A DNA stretch of 64,000 bases from Macrostomum lignano (lineage: Eukaryota). Below are positions 21,517 through 35,101 of this stretch, piece after piece; position 1 is the first letter of the stretch, and each line of letters begins with the position of its first letter. The notes under the pieces are model-generated. The model made no database searches, had not been told where the DNA came from, and saw nothing but the letters and a program-made list of their open reading frames with translations. The DNA is taken from assembly GCA_002269645.1 (NCBI GenBank), contig NIVC01001671.1, positions 188,969 through 252,968 on the forward strand. The letters are read 5' to 3'. The translations under genes were made by a program, and so were the position numbers.

Positions 21517-23110
21517 GCTAGAGTTCTAGCACTGGAACCCATTTTCTAATGGCTATGGATCTAGCAGTCTTCTGCAGGCAGTTATCTACTAATGAAGTCT
21601 TGAACATTAGAAGTATCTTGTTTTGAATCTTATCATTTTCCCAATGAAAATGGTACCTAGGCCAAGAAGCATCCCGGAGTCACTTGCATCACCCCAGTAT
21701 TGTTTCAGACACATTGCAGATTACATAGGTCAAAACGTAAAGAAGTGATTCTAAATGCCTCTAAAGCAACAAGATGTCACGGTACAAGTTGCCAAAAAGT
21801 TGTCAGAGTCACCCCAGAATCACTTTTGAAGCATTTTATTGTCTGCAACTTTAAAACGATTCTAGGGTGACACAAGTGATTCTGGCATGACTCTAATGAC
21901 TCTGGGGTGATGGTATAATGATTCTGGGGCTGTAGAGTCATATTTGAGGTGTTCCAGAGTCACATTGGAGTTACTGAGTTGTGTTTAAAGTGCATTTGCA
22001 TCGCTTGATGAATTAGAGTCACATTTCTAGCATTTCAGCGGCATTCTGCAGTTGTTAAAATGTCGCAGAAGTGCTTTAGCATCACTGTAGAATTGTTACT
22101 GTGTCAATTCTAAGGCATTCTGGACATGTTACAGAGTTGGTACTACTGGCATTAAACAGACTATCGGATCTTTATTTCTGGGCAAATACAAAATGCATGC
22201 TCATCGACTCAGAAGTGATGCACTAACGATTTTACAGTGACTAAAGTGCTTCTGCAATTTTTTGGCAACTTGTATGTGTCCATTACTCTGCCGCATTTAG
22301 TGGCTTGCCAATGTATACGGGGTGGAGTACTTGGGGTTTAAACTGTGAGGGGGGAGGCCTGTCTATTTATGCTGCCGCACAGTCTGCACTCTTGCCACTC
22401 TTTGCACTCCATTATTTAAATGAAAAAATTGAAGAAAAAAATACTTCCAACTTGTGGGGAGTTCATTTGCTGCTCCCCATTTTAATGCTTTGTTGTGCTG
22501 TTGCCACCTTGCTACACTTTATTTGCCTCTTGGCCTGTGCATCCTCATGGTTTAGAGTCATTTAGAATCACTATTTAACTTGTCATCCACAATGCGTCTA
22601 AAATGATTCTGGGGCCACGCAAGTGACTCCAGGATGCTTCTTGGCTTAAATACCATTATCATCAGGCAAAACACTGAGTTTTAGCCTATTGAACTCAAAT
22701 TGCACTAACTAGCCTACTGAGTTAGTAGAAAGTTAAGCACCAGGACAATGATTCTTGGATGACTTTTTTGTAACTCTTTTATGCTTCTACAACTCACATG
22801 ACACGTTTGTGATATAGCAGTCATATCTCTATTGCATTTGACACATTTGAGTCATTAAAAAGTCACAAGAGTCACCCTAGACTTGCTAGAGTCACTAAAT
22901 AGTAGTTTGCAATGACTTTTTAGTGACTCTTGTCATGGTCTCATTTTTAATGGGTTTGTTTTGAGCTTATATAGAACAAAATCTCCAAGTCAACCACGCA
23001 TTAAAAATAAAAATTGTTTCTGCTATATTATACCCATAAATTGCACTACTAGAATACCACTGCCAGATCCATAGCCCTTAGAAAATGGGTTCCAGTGCTA
23101 GAACTCTAGC
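21517..23110. mobile_element. Degenerate foldback/MITE-like element with nested inverted repeats
   Basis: 21517-21568 is the reverse complement (2 mismatches) of 23059-23110. 21648-~21770 is the imperfect reverse complement of ~22540-22660. No coding capacity; TSD not identified. Confidence 0.55.
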
Positions 23111-26100
23111 ACTGGATAAAAAAGGCATAAATTTGTATGTCAAAAAAGGCATGAATTTGCATATCAAAAGTGAAAGGGGTAATTTGTATGCTAGAATTTT
23201 CCAGTATATATGTAACTTTCCATGTTGGGCATTGGCTTTCATTTTGGCCTATAGATTTTATAAGTGCCTACAATGAGTGCCAAACTACTGGTAAGCACTA
23301 ATATTAACAAGTATATTATACTTAGAAATTATTTTTTTAAATTAATATTTTAGATGTTGCCTGGTTTTAGATAGGCCCTAGTTATATAAAATCGTTTTTA
23401 ATATAGTTTATACTTTTTGACATTATGAGGCCAACTCCTCTGTTGGAAGAGAAAGGGGAAAAACTTCCATTACTGGAATTCCATTGCCTGAACTCTATTA
23501 GCTAAATTGCATGACCCAAATCCTATCATCTAACTTTTCTCCAAATCTATCAAAATCCTCTCTGTGAAACAGAAATCCTCTCTGTGAGACTAAAAACCAT
23601 CAAAATCCTCTCCATAAAACTGGACTCAATCAAAATTTTCTCCGTCAAATAGAGCTCAACTCTCAGGATTCAGTGGCTAGGATTAGGATTAGGGTTAGAG
23701 CTGCATGTTAAAAGGCTGCTAATAAGAAAAAGTTGAACCAATTAAATCAATTGATTATGCAATTGATTTCTCAGTCAATCAGTACCAGTCATAGTTAAAG
23801 TTAATAAAATGATTGCACAATCTAAATCAACCCTCCAATATACAATGATTGACCTCTTTCCTATACATAGCACCAGTGAGAAGTTGAACCCCCCAACTTT
23901 ATCTCTGACTTCTTGCAAAAATGAGTACAATCTTTGTAGAAAGTTAAAAGTATGGAAATCATTTTTCAAATTCTAATCAAATGCTATGCTTTTTCTTTTT
24001 ACATTTAAAACAAACAACTTATATCCCTGAACTCAAGTTGCAAGATCTTTCTAGCAATATAAGTCTCTTCTCTTAAAGTTTAAAACTCAAAGAGAAGTTA
24101 GCATTTGAAATTTCCTGATTTATAGCATTGAATTTTTAGTATATATTCATTGCCTGCTATATTCATGCATTGAATTTCACTATCTATTAGTTAGCAAGGT
24201 CCAAGTGTATATATGCAGCCACTTAGAATGCCCCTATCAATGCCCCTATCCCCCCACTGGAGTGAAAATGTACTGCCAAGATAGGAAAAAGTTGTGACAC
24301 AATCACTCAAAATTGATGCAAATTTTTAGTTTAGAGCAGAAAAAGTGGCTAAATAAGGTTAAGAAAACAGTTTTCTACTTTTTGAAGATTTAATTTTGAA
24401 AAAAATTCTACATTAAAATAGCTTATTTATTATGTAGGAAAATTCTGCAATGATATATAAGTCCTGCATTAAGTTGTCAGCCATCTAGGAGGTGTTAAAT
24501 CTGGCTGGTCAATTGATTGATCCACTCAGCTTTAGATATAAGATTATTGAAAATAAAAAATTCAATTAGGCCTAGTCCTATTATTCTATTAATAAAAAAC
24601 TATAAAAAATATAAGTGATTTTACACATATACCTAAGTAAGAAGCAATTCTAAAGTTGTATATAAATGATTTTTCTTTTAAATGAATGAGCCAAAATCAC
24701 AAAATGAAAAGCAACTGACAGGGTGAAAATTTTAAGTATGCCTAGACCCAGAAGCCAAAGGCAGAATTTAAGAAAATAAATTAGGGTTTAGGCATAAGTA
24801 GAAATATTATGCCAACTATTAACCCTATTGGCATAATTCTAGGATTCTAATTCTAATTCTAGGCCCTATTCTAGGATTTATCGGCCTTACAAGCTCTACA
24901 GTGTGATGTTGGGCAGTTAGCATAGCTTGCATGCCATAGGCTGGCTAATAGTAATATTCCTCTAGGCTTATATATTATGTCTGATAACGATGCTTAGAAC
25001 TAGTACTAGTAGAAGTTAGGCCTACTACACTACAGGTTAGCTAGGCCCCTTAGTCGCCTAGTCTTAGACCTGAGGGCCGAGGCCTATGCTAGGGCTAGGG
25101 CCTGGCCTACTAAGTGCTAGGATTTTACTTTGTTCAAAACTTCAAAATTCAAATATTAAATATGTTTAGATCTAGTTTAGTCTAGATAGACCAGGCCATA
25201 AATTACCTTGAACTAGCTAGAAATATTGTCATAGTTTTGTTATTTATGGAAAAAATATGAGTATACAACCACTAATGCATATAAAAGTCTAGACTAGAAT
25301 AGAACACAGTTGAAGAAAGAGATCAAAGTTCTCGGAAATGACGTGACCATCAAATTCTATTTTTAGGCCTAGGTTGTTTCGTGAATTAACAAACTAAATT
25401 AGGTATTATTTTGCAGAGTCAGGTAAGTGTTTCTTTTAGAAAATATTCGCAGTTTCATTATACGAAACTTGCTAGTAAAATATTGCGCTGCAAAAGTTAA
25501 TTTTATTTATTTATCAAAAAAACGAAAGAAACCGTATATTCAATATGTTTGTATTCGGGCACTCAAAAAGAACTACATAGGTAAATACTAGACTAATGAA
25601 GCCGATATTTGAAATGAAACCCTGAAATTATTCTGAAATAATCAGAAAAAAGTTGTATACTAAAAATTAAACAAGTCCATTTAATTGCTTTGCTTTGTAC
25701 ATGAACATGTCTCTAAATTTACTTGTAAAATATATGTACGTATACGAACTAAAAGGACAACTAAAGTAGCAGGACGGAGAAATCGTCTGTTATAAAATAT
25801 TGGCTCAAAAATAGCGAAAGACTGCTCAAATATAACACTCATATTATACATGTCATTGTACAGAGCAGTCAAAATTATACAGAACGTCTGCTTAAAATGC
25901 TGAAAACACAGTAATTAAAAATCCTCCATAATTAGTGGAAAGCAAAACTTGCGTGGGGCAGCCAACGTTTGTAATTTAATTGCTCATATAAATTCGGGCG
26001 CATTCTGATCATTAAAATTTACGAGAACGAAATGATCATGTACATGTACGTTTAGGATTTTACAAAAGATGTAACGTACGAAACCTATACCTTTGACGGT

Positions 26101-26751
26101 GTTATGTCTTCGATATTTGTTTTAAAAGTCTCTTCATATAAAAATATACTTACTATTCTTCGAGTAGCTTAATGTCTAACGTCCGTGCGAGACCACAAGA
26201 ATCTCCTTGGCGTCGTCGCATAGTAGACCTCGTTTGTCAGGACGTTGAAATAATTCGTCTTTATATACTATGCTAGCATGAAGGCAATCGCAGTCCGTGC
26301 TTTATTCGATCCACTACTGACTCCTAAACATTCACAATTAAGCGCGATTACTATATACGCTAGCAGTTACTACGCAGGCACGCTCACAGTTCTCTATGTG
26401 TTCATTCTTTATGTCCATTTATCTATAATGCGCAGCTCTTTCATTTGTGTTAAATTTTCTTAAAACCCCTGCTGTAAATTATGAAGAAAATACACCCTGC
26501 ACTGTATAATTGTCTGAAATTGTCAAATACATGTACATGATCAGGCGAAGGATACAAAATAAACTACATACATGTATTTCATTTCATTGATGATTGATTG
26601 CCTGGACCAACAAAAGCTTACGTTTTGGCCGTTGTAAATCAGCTACCATGCAGCCTAGCTTGTTGGTACAGAAGTATAGGCCCGATTTATGAATTGACAT
26701 GGGGCAGCGCATGACTAATGCTGAATATTCTGCCAATTTTGATTGAGCGAA

Positions 26752-26873
<122 letters not shown>

Positions 26874-29392
26874 CTGCAACATCCGGTAAAGTCCATTGGG
26901 GTCACCCGTTCCCGATTAACGACTCCCATTTCAACCAGCTTGGCGAGTTAATTATAACAACTGCTCTCAATCCTACACAGTTGCATTGATGCAGCAGACA
27001 ACACAAGATTATTTTTTCGTAGGATCTATTTATAATCTTTGATCAGCTGACTCGTATACAGAAACAGTTTTCCTTGTGTAAAATATATAGGACGCTGGAT
27101 ACAATCAAAACTTCATAATTTATAAGATCGATCCACCACTTTGTTATAATTGTTTCGCTCCTACCTCAAGGGTCAGAAAAGGAATCTAACCTATGCGGGC
27201 GTGAGAGAGAATAGGAGAGGAGAGAGGGAGAAAAAAGAGGAGAGAAGTGGAGAGGAGGGAAGATAAGAGGGGTGTAGAAAGTGAGGTGAGGGGAGGGAGA
27301 GAGTAGAGAGGTAAGAGGGAGGAGAGAGGAGAGGAGAGAATAGAAGAGTTGAGGGGAATAGAAAAGAGAAGAGAGAGAAGAGGGGAGAGGAGCGAGAAGA
27401 GGAGAGAGTAGAGAGGAGAGAGGAATGAGAAGAGGAGGGAGTAGAGAGGAGAGAGGAGTTAGAAGAGGAGAGATATAACCTTGAGCCAGGATTGCCATTG
27501 AAAATCGTCAAAAATTTTGCCGCTTCCTAAAAATTAATGCTAGATTTATGACAATTCAAAGTTTTTCAAAACTTTATGTTGTCAAGTTTTTTTTGTTGTC
27601 AACTGATGTTTCTCGATGCATATTTTAGCACACATTTTGCACGACCGCGCGCCTCTGGTTTTTCGCTCCTCATGGATTGTTGAGCATGCTGAGCATGCAG
27701 CAGCTACTCGATCTCGACCTCCTAAGCCTCTTATAAGAAGGGGACAAAATCCTGTTGTCTCCAACCGACTTCATCGATCATCCTTAGACGATCTATCTTC
27801 TCTCTAACTCTTTTATCCCTATTCCACTCTCCTCTCGTTTTTCCCTCCGAGATGCAACGTTTTATTCTTCATTCTTCCCAGCGACTTTATATCGATCACC
27901 CAACTGCAGCTCAAGTCATCCACATAGATTGGTCAGCGCTGAGTCTGTTTGGTTTCGTCTCTTCATCCCCGGGATCTCAACTCTTTTTCGTTCCGTCAGT
28001 GAATTGCATTTTAGTATGCCAATTCTTCACAATTCACGGGGCTGTTCCATTTGAACGCTTCGCCATCCAGTAGATTACGGGCTAAAGTTAAAGTCAATAT
28101 TTGCAGCCATGAACTTTTTGACAACTCAATGACTCACGTGTCAAATGCAGTCAACCATGTACTCACTCATGTATTCACTCATCCACTCACTAATCAGCTC
28201 AATTATAAATAGAACAAATATTTATGGCACAGTTCGCCTTCGGCAACATCGTCCCAAAGCCGGTCCTGACGCAATTCTTCTCAACCCAACCCAACCCGAA
28301 AAACAAATCATTATTTCGAGCACACAAGTCCTCGGAGTCGAGCGCGATTGAGAATCAGACGCGTTTAACGCTTATGAACTCACTTTAAACTCATTAATTT
28401 TGATGCCACGAACGATAAACTATCCTCGAGTGCTTACGAGATCTAGCCTTCAAAAAAAACTCTGTGATCACTGATCGATCGATTACTGGCTGGCGATGAC
28501 TATCCAAATTTCGATTAATTTTCTTGCAGAAGATTTTCTCCAAAGCAAGCCGACGTTGACACTCTACGAAGCAAGAGCCCGATCTCCTGCCCCATCTCGC
28601 TCGGGAATGAGAAGCTGCTATCTGAGTTATGGGGATAATCTCGGGCGCAAACTCCCCAGGGAGCTGAGCAGAAGATCTGAGGGGGGATTTTGGGACTGGG
28701 CAGAATCGCGGAAAGAAAATATGGATCAAGGATTGCAAAAAAGCTTCAATGTGGGAAAGCTAAGAAGGAGTTTTTTGTGCGCGCGGGAGGCCATCTCCCC
28801 TCCGCCCTCTCCGATCGTCTCTTCTTTGAGTCTTGCTTGAGTCTTCAACGTCAGCGAGGCATTCATTCACCTACACACACACACACACAAATATCTGAAA
28901 GGGTAGGCAAAGCGTGAGACTGTGACTACTAGAAGTCAAACCCTGAGCAGTGAGCAAGGCAGGAAAAGAGTTGCCAATCTCCCATTGGATGCCTGAAGTG
29001 AGAGTTGCCACGGCAAGAAAGGGAGTAAGGAGAGGTGGCGACAGGCGAGCAAAGAAAAGCTACAGGAAGCTGTCAGCAGCTTCAGGGAGAGACCTAAATT
29101 CAACCTGAACGGCGCGCGCACACCATTGGCGGAACTTCTCCGCCGTCTTCACTCCGTAAGTCTGCTTCATCAAAAGGAGCTCTCAAGCAACTTATAAGCT
29201 AGCTTGCTACTGAATAGACAGGACCTCTCAACCAATCCAAACCCTTTCTCAACCCATGCATCTTAATGCTAAGCCTATAAAGTTTAAGCCACAACTCTCG
29301 GCTCTCGTTAGCCAACAGTTTCGCCAATCAAGTAGCCGGAATGGCTTGACTGGCTGACTCATCCGGGACAACGAGGCCAGGACTCGCCAGTC

Positions 29393-32300
29393 ATGTTTAT
29401 AAAATTGTTCCAATCAATTTCGCTGTGTCAGCTACTGTTTTGCGCTTGCCTGTCGGCTGGCTTGACATCGTGGCCTGTGCTGGTGTCCCGGCGGGTAAGG
29501 ACAAGACGACTTCCACTGACAATACATCCATTGTTGTTAAATAGGTTGAGACTGTCAACTATTTAGTGTCTCTCTCTGCAGTTAGTGGGTTGGTTGTGTC
29601 TGGCATCCATGCAGTGACTCTCTGCAGTTAGTGGGTTGTGTCTGACATCCATGCAGTGTCTCTCTGCAGTTAGTGGGTTGGTTGTGTCTGACATCCATGC
29701 AGTGTCTCTCTGCAGTTAGTGGGTTGTGTCTGACATCCATGCAGTGTCTCTCTGCAGTTAGTGGGTTGGTTGTGTCTGACATCCATGCAGTGTCTTTCTG
29801 CAGTTAGTGGGTTGTGTCTGGCATCCATGCAGTGACTCTCTGCAGTTAGTGGGTTGTGTCTGACATCCATGCAGTCTCTCTCTGCAGTTAGTGGGTTGGT
29901 TGTGTCTGACATCCATGCAGTGTCTCTCTCTGCAGTTAGTGGGTTGGTTGTGTCTGACATCCATGCAGTGTCTCTCTCTGCAGTTAGTGGGTTGGTTGTG
30001 TCTGACATCCATGCAGTGTCTCTCTCTGCAGTTAGTGGGTTGTTGTTGGCATCCATGCAGTGTCTCTCTGCAGTTAGTGGGTTGCTGTTGGCATCCATGC
30101 AGTGTCTCTCTGCAGCTAGTGGGTTGCTGTTGGCATCCATGCAGTGACTCTCTGCAGTTAGTGGGTTGTGTCTGACATCCATGCAGTCTCTCTCTGCAGT
30201 TAGTGGGTTGGTTGTGTCTGACATCCATGCAGTGTCTCTCTCTGCAGTTAGTGGGTTGGTTGTGTCTGACATCCATGCAGTGTCTCTCTCTGCAGTTAGT
30301 GGGTTGGTTGTGTCTGACATCCATGCAGTGTCTCTCTCTGCAGTTAGTGGGTTGTTGTTGGCATCCATGCAGTGTCTCTCTGCAGTTAGTGGGTTGCTGT
30401 TGGCATCCATGCAGTGTCTCTCTGCAGCTAGTGGGTTGCTGTTGGCATCCATGCAGTGACTCTCTGCAGTTAGTGGGTTGTTGTTGGCATCCATGCAGTG
30501 TCTCTCTGCAGTTAGTGGGTTGGTTGTGTCTGACATCCATGCAGTGTCTCTCTGCAGTTAGTGGGTTGTGTCTGGCATCCATGCAGTGACTCTCTGCAGT
30601 TAGTGGGTTGTGTCTGACATCCATGCAGTCTCTCTCTGCAGTTAGTGGGTTGGTTGTGTCTGACATCCATGCAGTGTCTCTCTCTGCAGTTAGTGGGTTG
30701 GTTGTGTCTGACATCCATGCAGTGTCTCTCTCTGCAGTTAGTGGGTTGGTTGTGTCTGACATCCATGCAGTGTCTCTCTCTGCAGTTAGTGGGTTGGTTG
30801 TGTCTGACATCCATGCAGTGTCTCTCTCTGCAGTTAGTGGGTTGTTGTTGGCATCCATGCAGTGTCTCTCTGCAGTTAGTGGGTTGCTGTTGGCATCCAT
30901 GCAGTGTCTCTCTGCAGCTAGTGGGTTGCTGTTGGCATCCATGCAGTGACTCTCTGCAGTTAGTGGGTTGCTGTTGGCATCCATGCAGTGACTCTCTGCA
31001 GTTAGTGGGTTGCTGTTGGCATCCATGCAGTGTCTCTCTGCAGCTAGTGGGTTGCTGTTGGCATCCATGCAGTGTCTCTCTGCAGCTAGTGGGTTGCTGT
31101 TGGCATCCATGCAGTGACTCTCTGCAGCTAGTGGGTTGCTGTTGGCATCCATGCAGTGACTCTCTGCAGTTAGTGGATTGTTGTTGGCATCCATGCAGTG
31201 ACTCTCTGCAGTTAGTGGGTTGTTGTTGGCATCCATGCAGTGACTCTCTGCAGCTAGTGGGTTGCTGTTGGCATCCATGCAGTGACTCTCTGCAGTTAGT
31301 GTGTTGCTGTTGGCATCCATGCAGTGTCTCTCTGCAGTTAGTGGGTTGCTGTTGGCATCCATGCAGTGTCTCTCTGCAGCTAGTGGGTTGCTGTTGGCAT
31401 CCATGCAGTGTCTCTCTGCAGCTAGTGGGTTGCTGTTGGCATCCATGCAGTGACTCTCTGCAGCTAGTGGGTTGCTGTTGGCATCCATGCAGTGACTCTC
31501 TGCAGTTAGTGGATTGTTGTTGGCATCCATGCAGTGACTCTCTGCAGTTAGTGGGTTGTTGTTGGCATCCATGCAGTGACTCTCTGCAGCTAGTGGGTTG
31601 CTGTTGGCATCCATGCAGTGACTCTCTGCAGCTAGTGGGTTGCTGTTGGCATCCATGCAGTGACTCTCTGCAGTTAGTGGATTGTTGTTGGCATCCATGC
31701 AGTGACTCTCTGCAGTTAGTGGGTTGCTGTTGGCATCCATGCAGTGACTCTCTGCAGTTAGTGGGTTGTTGTTGGCATCCATGCAGTGACTCTCTGCAGT
31801 TAGTGGGTTGGTTGTGTCTGACATCCATGCAGTGTCTCTCTGCAGTTAGTGGGTTGTGTCTGGCATCCATGCAGTGACTCTCTGCAGCTAGTGGGTTGTG
31901 TCTGGCATCCATGCAGTGACTCTCTGCAGTTAGTGGGTTGTTGTTGGCATCCATGCAGTGTCTCTCTGCAGTTAGTGGGTTGGTTGTGTCTGACATCCAT
32001 GCAGTGTCTCTCTGCAGTTAGTGGGTTGGTTGTGTCTGACATCCATGCAGTGTCTCTCTGCAGTTAGTGGATTGGTTTTGTCTGGCATCCGTCAAGTGAC
32101 TCTCAATGAGCAGGCCGATCATTTTCAATTGTCGCCACCGGGCAGACGCCGTTCGACTGTCCGCGGCCCTGTCGGTGCTTCAACCAGCCGCCGCAGTGCC
32201 ACGCCGGCGTCACCGCGGTGAGAGACGGCTGCGGCTGCTGTGAGGTCTGCGCCAGGCAGCTCGGCGAGGACTGCGACGAACGGTACCCGTGCGATCCTGC

Positions 32301-32797
32301 CGGGGACCTGGTCTGCGCCAGGGACCCCAGCACTCATGTGGCCTTCTGTAGAAGTGAGTCTTACACAGTGCTTGCATGCAATATGAGATCAAGATTCACT
32401 ACTGTTAGTGACTCGCTTGTCGCTGATCCGTTCCACAATCCCATGATCCACCGCATAAATTCCTAAAGAGCGCTCCGGCGGTCTGAGTTGCCACGTCAAC
32501 GGCCGCGTCTACAGAGACGGCGAAGCCTTCAACTCAACGTGCCGCTACCGCTGCCTCTGCCAGGACGGTCGGGTGGCCTGTTCAGACGTCTGCTGGCACC
32601 AGAGCCGCCAGCCTCCCAGCAGCGTTTGCCGGCACAGCAGCCTGGTGCCGATCCCCGGCCGCTGCTGCAAGGAGTGGATCTGCGACAACACGCCTGCCGC
32701 GGTCGCTGCGACAGCTGCGCCGGCGTCGTCGAAAGCTGGCGAGGGGGAGGACAACGACGACGGGGTGGTGGCCAGAAAGAGTCGACATGGTGAGGTC

Positions 32798-32882
<85 letters not shown>

Positions 32883-33824
32883 CAGTCAGTCAGTCAGTCA
32901 GTCAGTCAGTCAGTCAGTCAGTCAGTCAGTCAGTCAGTCAGTCAGTCAGTCAGTCAGTCAGTCAGTCAGTCAGTCAGTCAGTCAGTCAGTCAGTCAGTCA
33001 GTCAGTCAGTCAGTCAGTCAGTCAGTCAGTCAGTCAGTCAGTCAGTCAGTCAGTCAGTCAGTCAGTCAGTCAGTCAGTCAGTCAGTCAGTCAGTCAGTCA
33101 GTCAGTCAGTCAGTCAGTCAGTCAGTCAGTCAGTCAGTCAGTCAGTCAGTCAGTCAGTCAGTCAGTCAGTCAGTCAGTCAGTCAGTCAGTCAGTCAGTCA
33201 GTCAGTCAGTCAGCTAGTTACTGATTCTCTTTCCAGGGCAAAAAGGCAATGGGAATCAGGAGATCCGACATGCGGATCTTGCTGGCTGCCCCAGGCACAA
33301 CAAGGTGGTCACCAAGTGGTCCGCCTGCTCAACCACCTGCGGAGTTGGCCAGTCGTCAAGGCTCACTAATGACAATGTGGAGTGCAAGACGATTCGAGAG
33401 ACTCGACTGTGCATGATGGCCGAGTGCGTTGCAGATCCCGCCGTGGTGAGCTGACAGATTTTATTGTTGTTATCACGGCTCACTTAAAATGTCAAAGAGG
33501 TGTAACAATGGACATTTTGCAACTCCACAGGAGGAGCAACGCTGTCGTTCAACCATTCGAGCAGAGAGGCCAATGAGTCTGACCTACACCGAAGACCAGG
33601 TGTCTCAGACATTGGGCGAAGGTCCCGCAACCCCTGTGCAGTGCCGCAGTGTCCGCCTCTGGAAGCCGAAATTCTGTTCTGGATGCCAGAGAAAACGTTG
33701 CTGCAGACCATTGAAGGTCAAGACGAAAATGGTGGAGTTTCAATGCGATGATGGGATCGGACGAGTTCGCCAGTGGGCCTGGATAAAACGGTGCATCTGC
33801 ACCAATAGAGGCTGCGACGTTTAG
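29393..33824 (+). CDS. CCN-family matricellular protein (signal peptide-IGFBP-VWC-TSP1-cystine knot). Exons 29393-29494, 32146-32353, 32469-32789, 33237-33445, 33531-33824
   Basis: Hydrophobic leader MFIKLFQSISLCQLLFCACLSAG; IGFBP CPRPCRC...RDGCGCCEVCARQLGEDC; VWC CHVNGRVYRDGEAF...CCKEWIC; TSP1 WSACSTTCGVGQSSRLTNDNVEC...ETRLC; CT KFCSGC...CCRP...VEFQC...IKRCIC. One module per exon, phases 0/1/1/0. The exon 2 acceptor is the least certain junction. Confidence 0.93.
29570..32090. repeat. 39-46-bp (mostly 42) minisatellite GCATCCATGCAGTG(A/T)CTCTCTGCAGTTAGTGGGTTG... filling CCN intron 1
   Basis: Direct reading; contains recurring variant blocks. Confidence 0.95.
32797..33212. repeat. Compound (TAGT)n then (CAGT)n microsatellite in CCN intron 3
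   Basis: Direct reading. Confidence 0.97.
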
Positions 33825-33949
33825 AGTAACGCGTGAAGAACCGGTCAAGTTTGTTGAACCTTTAAATGCGATGGATTAAAAGCGCAGTCTTTTTATTGGA
33901 ATCAGTTTTAAATTAAAATTCACTTCAATGGCAAGTTGTGCCTCTCACC

Positions 33950-34260
33950 CACCACATCGATTTCAGTGGCTCTCACCCACCACCCCAATTTCACTGGCTC
34001 CCCCCACCACCCCAATTTAAATAGCTCTCACCCCACCCCAATTTAAAAAACTCTCACCCACTACCCCAATTTCACTGGCTGTCCCCCACCACCCCAATTT
34101 AAATTGCTCTCACCCACCACCCCAATTTAAATAGCTCTCACCCACCGCCCTAATTTCAGCGGCTCTCACCCACCACCCGAATTTACCTAGCTCGCATCCT
34201 AACACCGCATTTCAGTGGCTGTCACCCTCCACCCCAATTTAACTAGCTCTCACCCTCCAA
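33950..34260. repeat. Degenerate ~28-bp repeat CTCTCACCCACCACCCCAATTT downstream of CCN
   Basis: Direct reading. Confidence 0.8.
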
Positions 34261-34769
34261 CCCAAATTCAAAATTGGCAACAGGCCTTATAACTTGTACT
34301 CGTAGCCTATCGTTTAGCTTTGCACAGCAGAATTTTTGTTACATTTCTTTTAAAAGTTCATGCATTGTCGCTTCGTGATACTGGCATAATATTATGTACA
34401 TAGCTGATGTAGTTGTCTTCTTATTAGATTTTTTCAACACTTATTGACGACACCCATTGTCACCGAAAACATAGTGACATAGATTAACCGAAGCAATCTG
34501 AGATCCTAATGTAAAAATCCCAATGCACTTATTTGTTATTGCTCTGCATAATTTGCTTGCTTCGTTTACTTTTAATAAAACTAATCTCATCTGGTAGAAG
34601 TCTTATAATGCTTAAAATTACCAGTATTAGAATGGCACATCTACTATTTAAATTGACAGACTTGTGCGTTTGCAAAAATGTCATTATAATTTAAAGGATT
34701 TTGAACTTTCATAAACTTAAAAAATAATTTTTTTTTATTCTTATTTTATAAAGAAAATATACTATGGGA

Positions 34770-35065
<296 letters not shown>

Positions 35066-35101
35066 GAATTATCAAGCACAAAAGAGCTCAGTCAAATCAC
35101 A

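Noticed and set aside
23680-24795. TTAGGG-like fragments (about 23690 and 24781)
   Set aside because: One or two units only; not an interstitial telomere array.
28394-29121. Several 60-114-aa ORFs upstream of CCN
   Set aside because: No recognisable motif or splice support; more likely promoter or 5' UTR sequence.
27400-29345. GGAATG (TEAD) and TGACTCA (AP-1) motifs upstream of CCN
   Set aside because: Fits vertebrate CCN regulation, but a few 6-7-mers in 2 kb are expected by chance.
29582-32067. 688-aa, 494-aa and 410-aa Cys/His-rich repeat ORFs
   Set aside because: They arise from the 42-bp array inside CCN intron 1 and are not metallothionein- or keratin-like genes.
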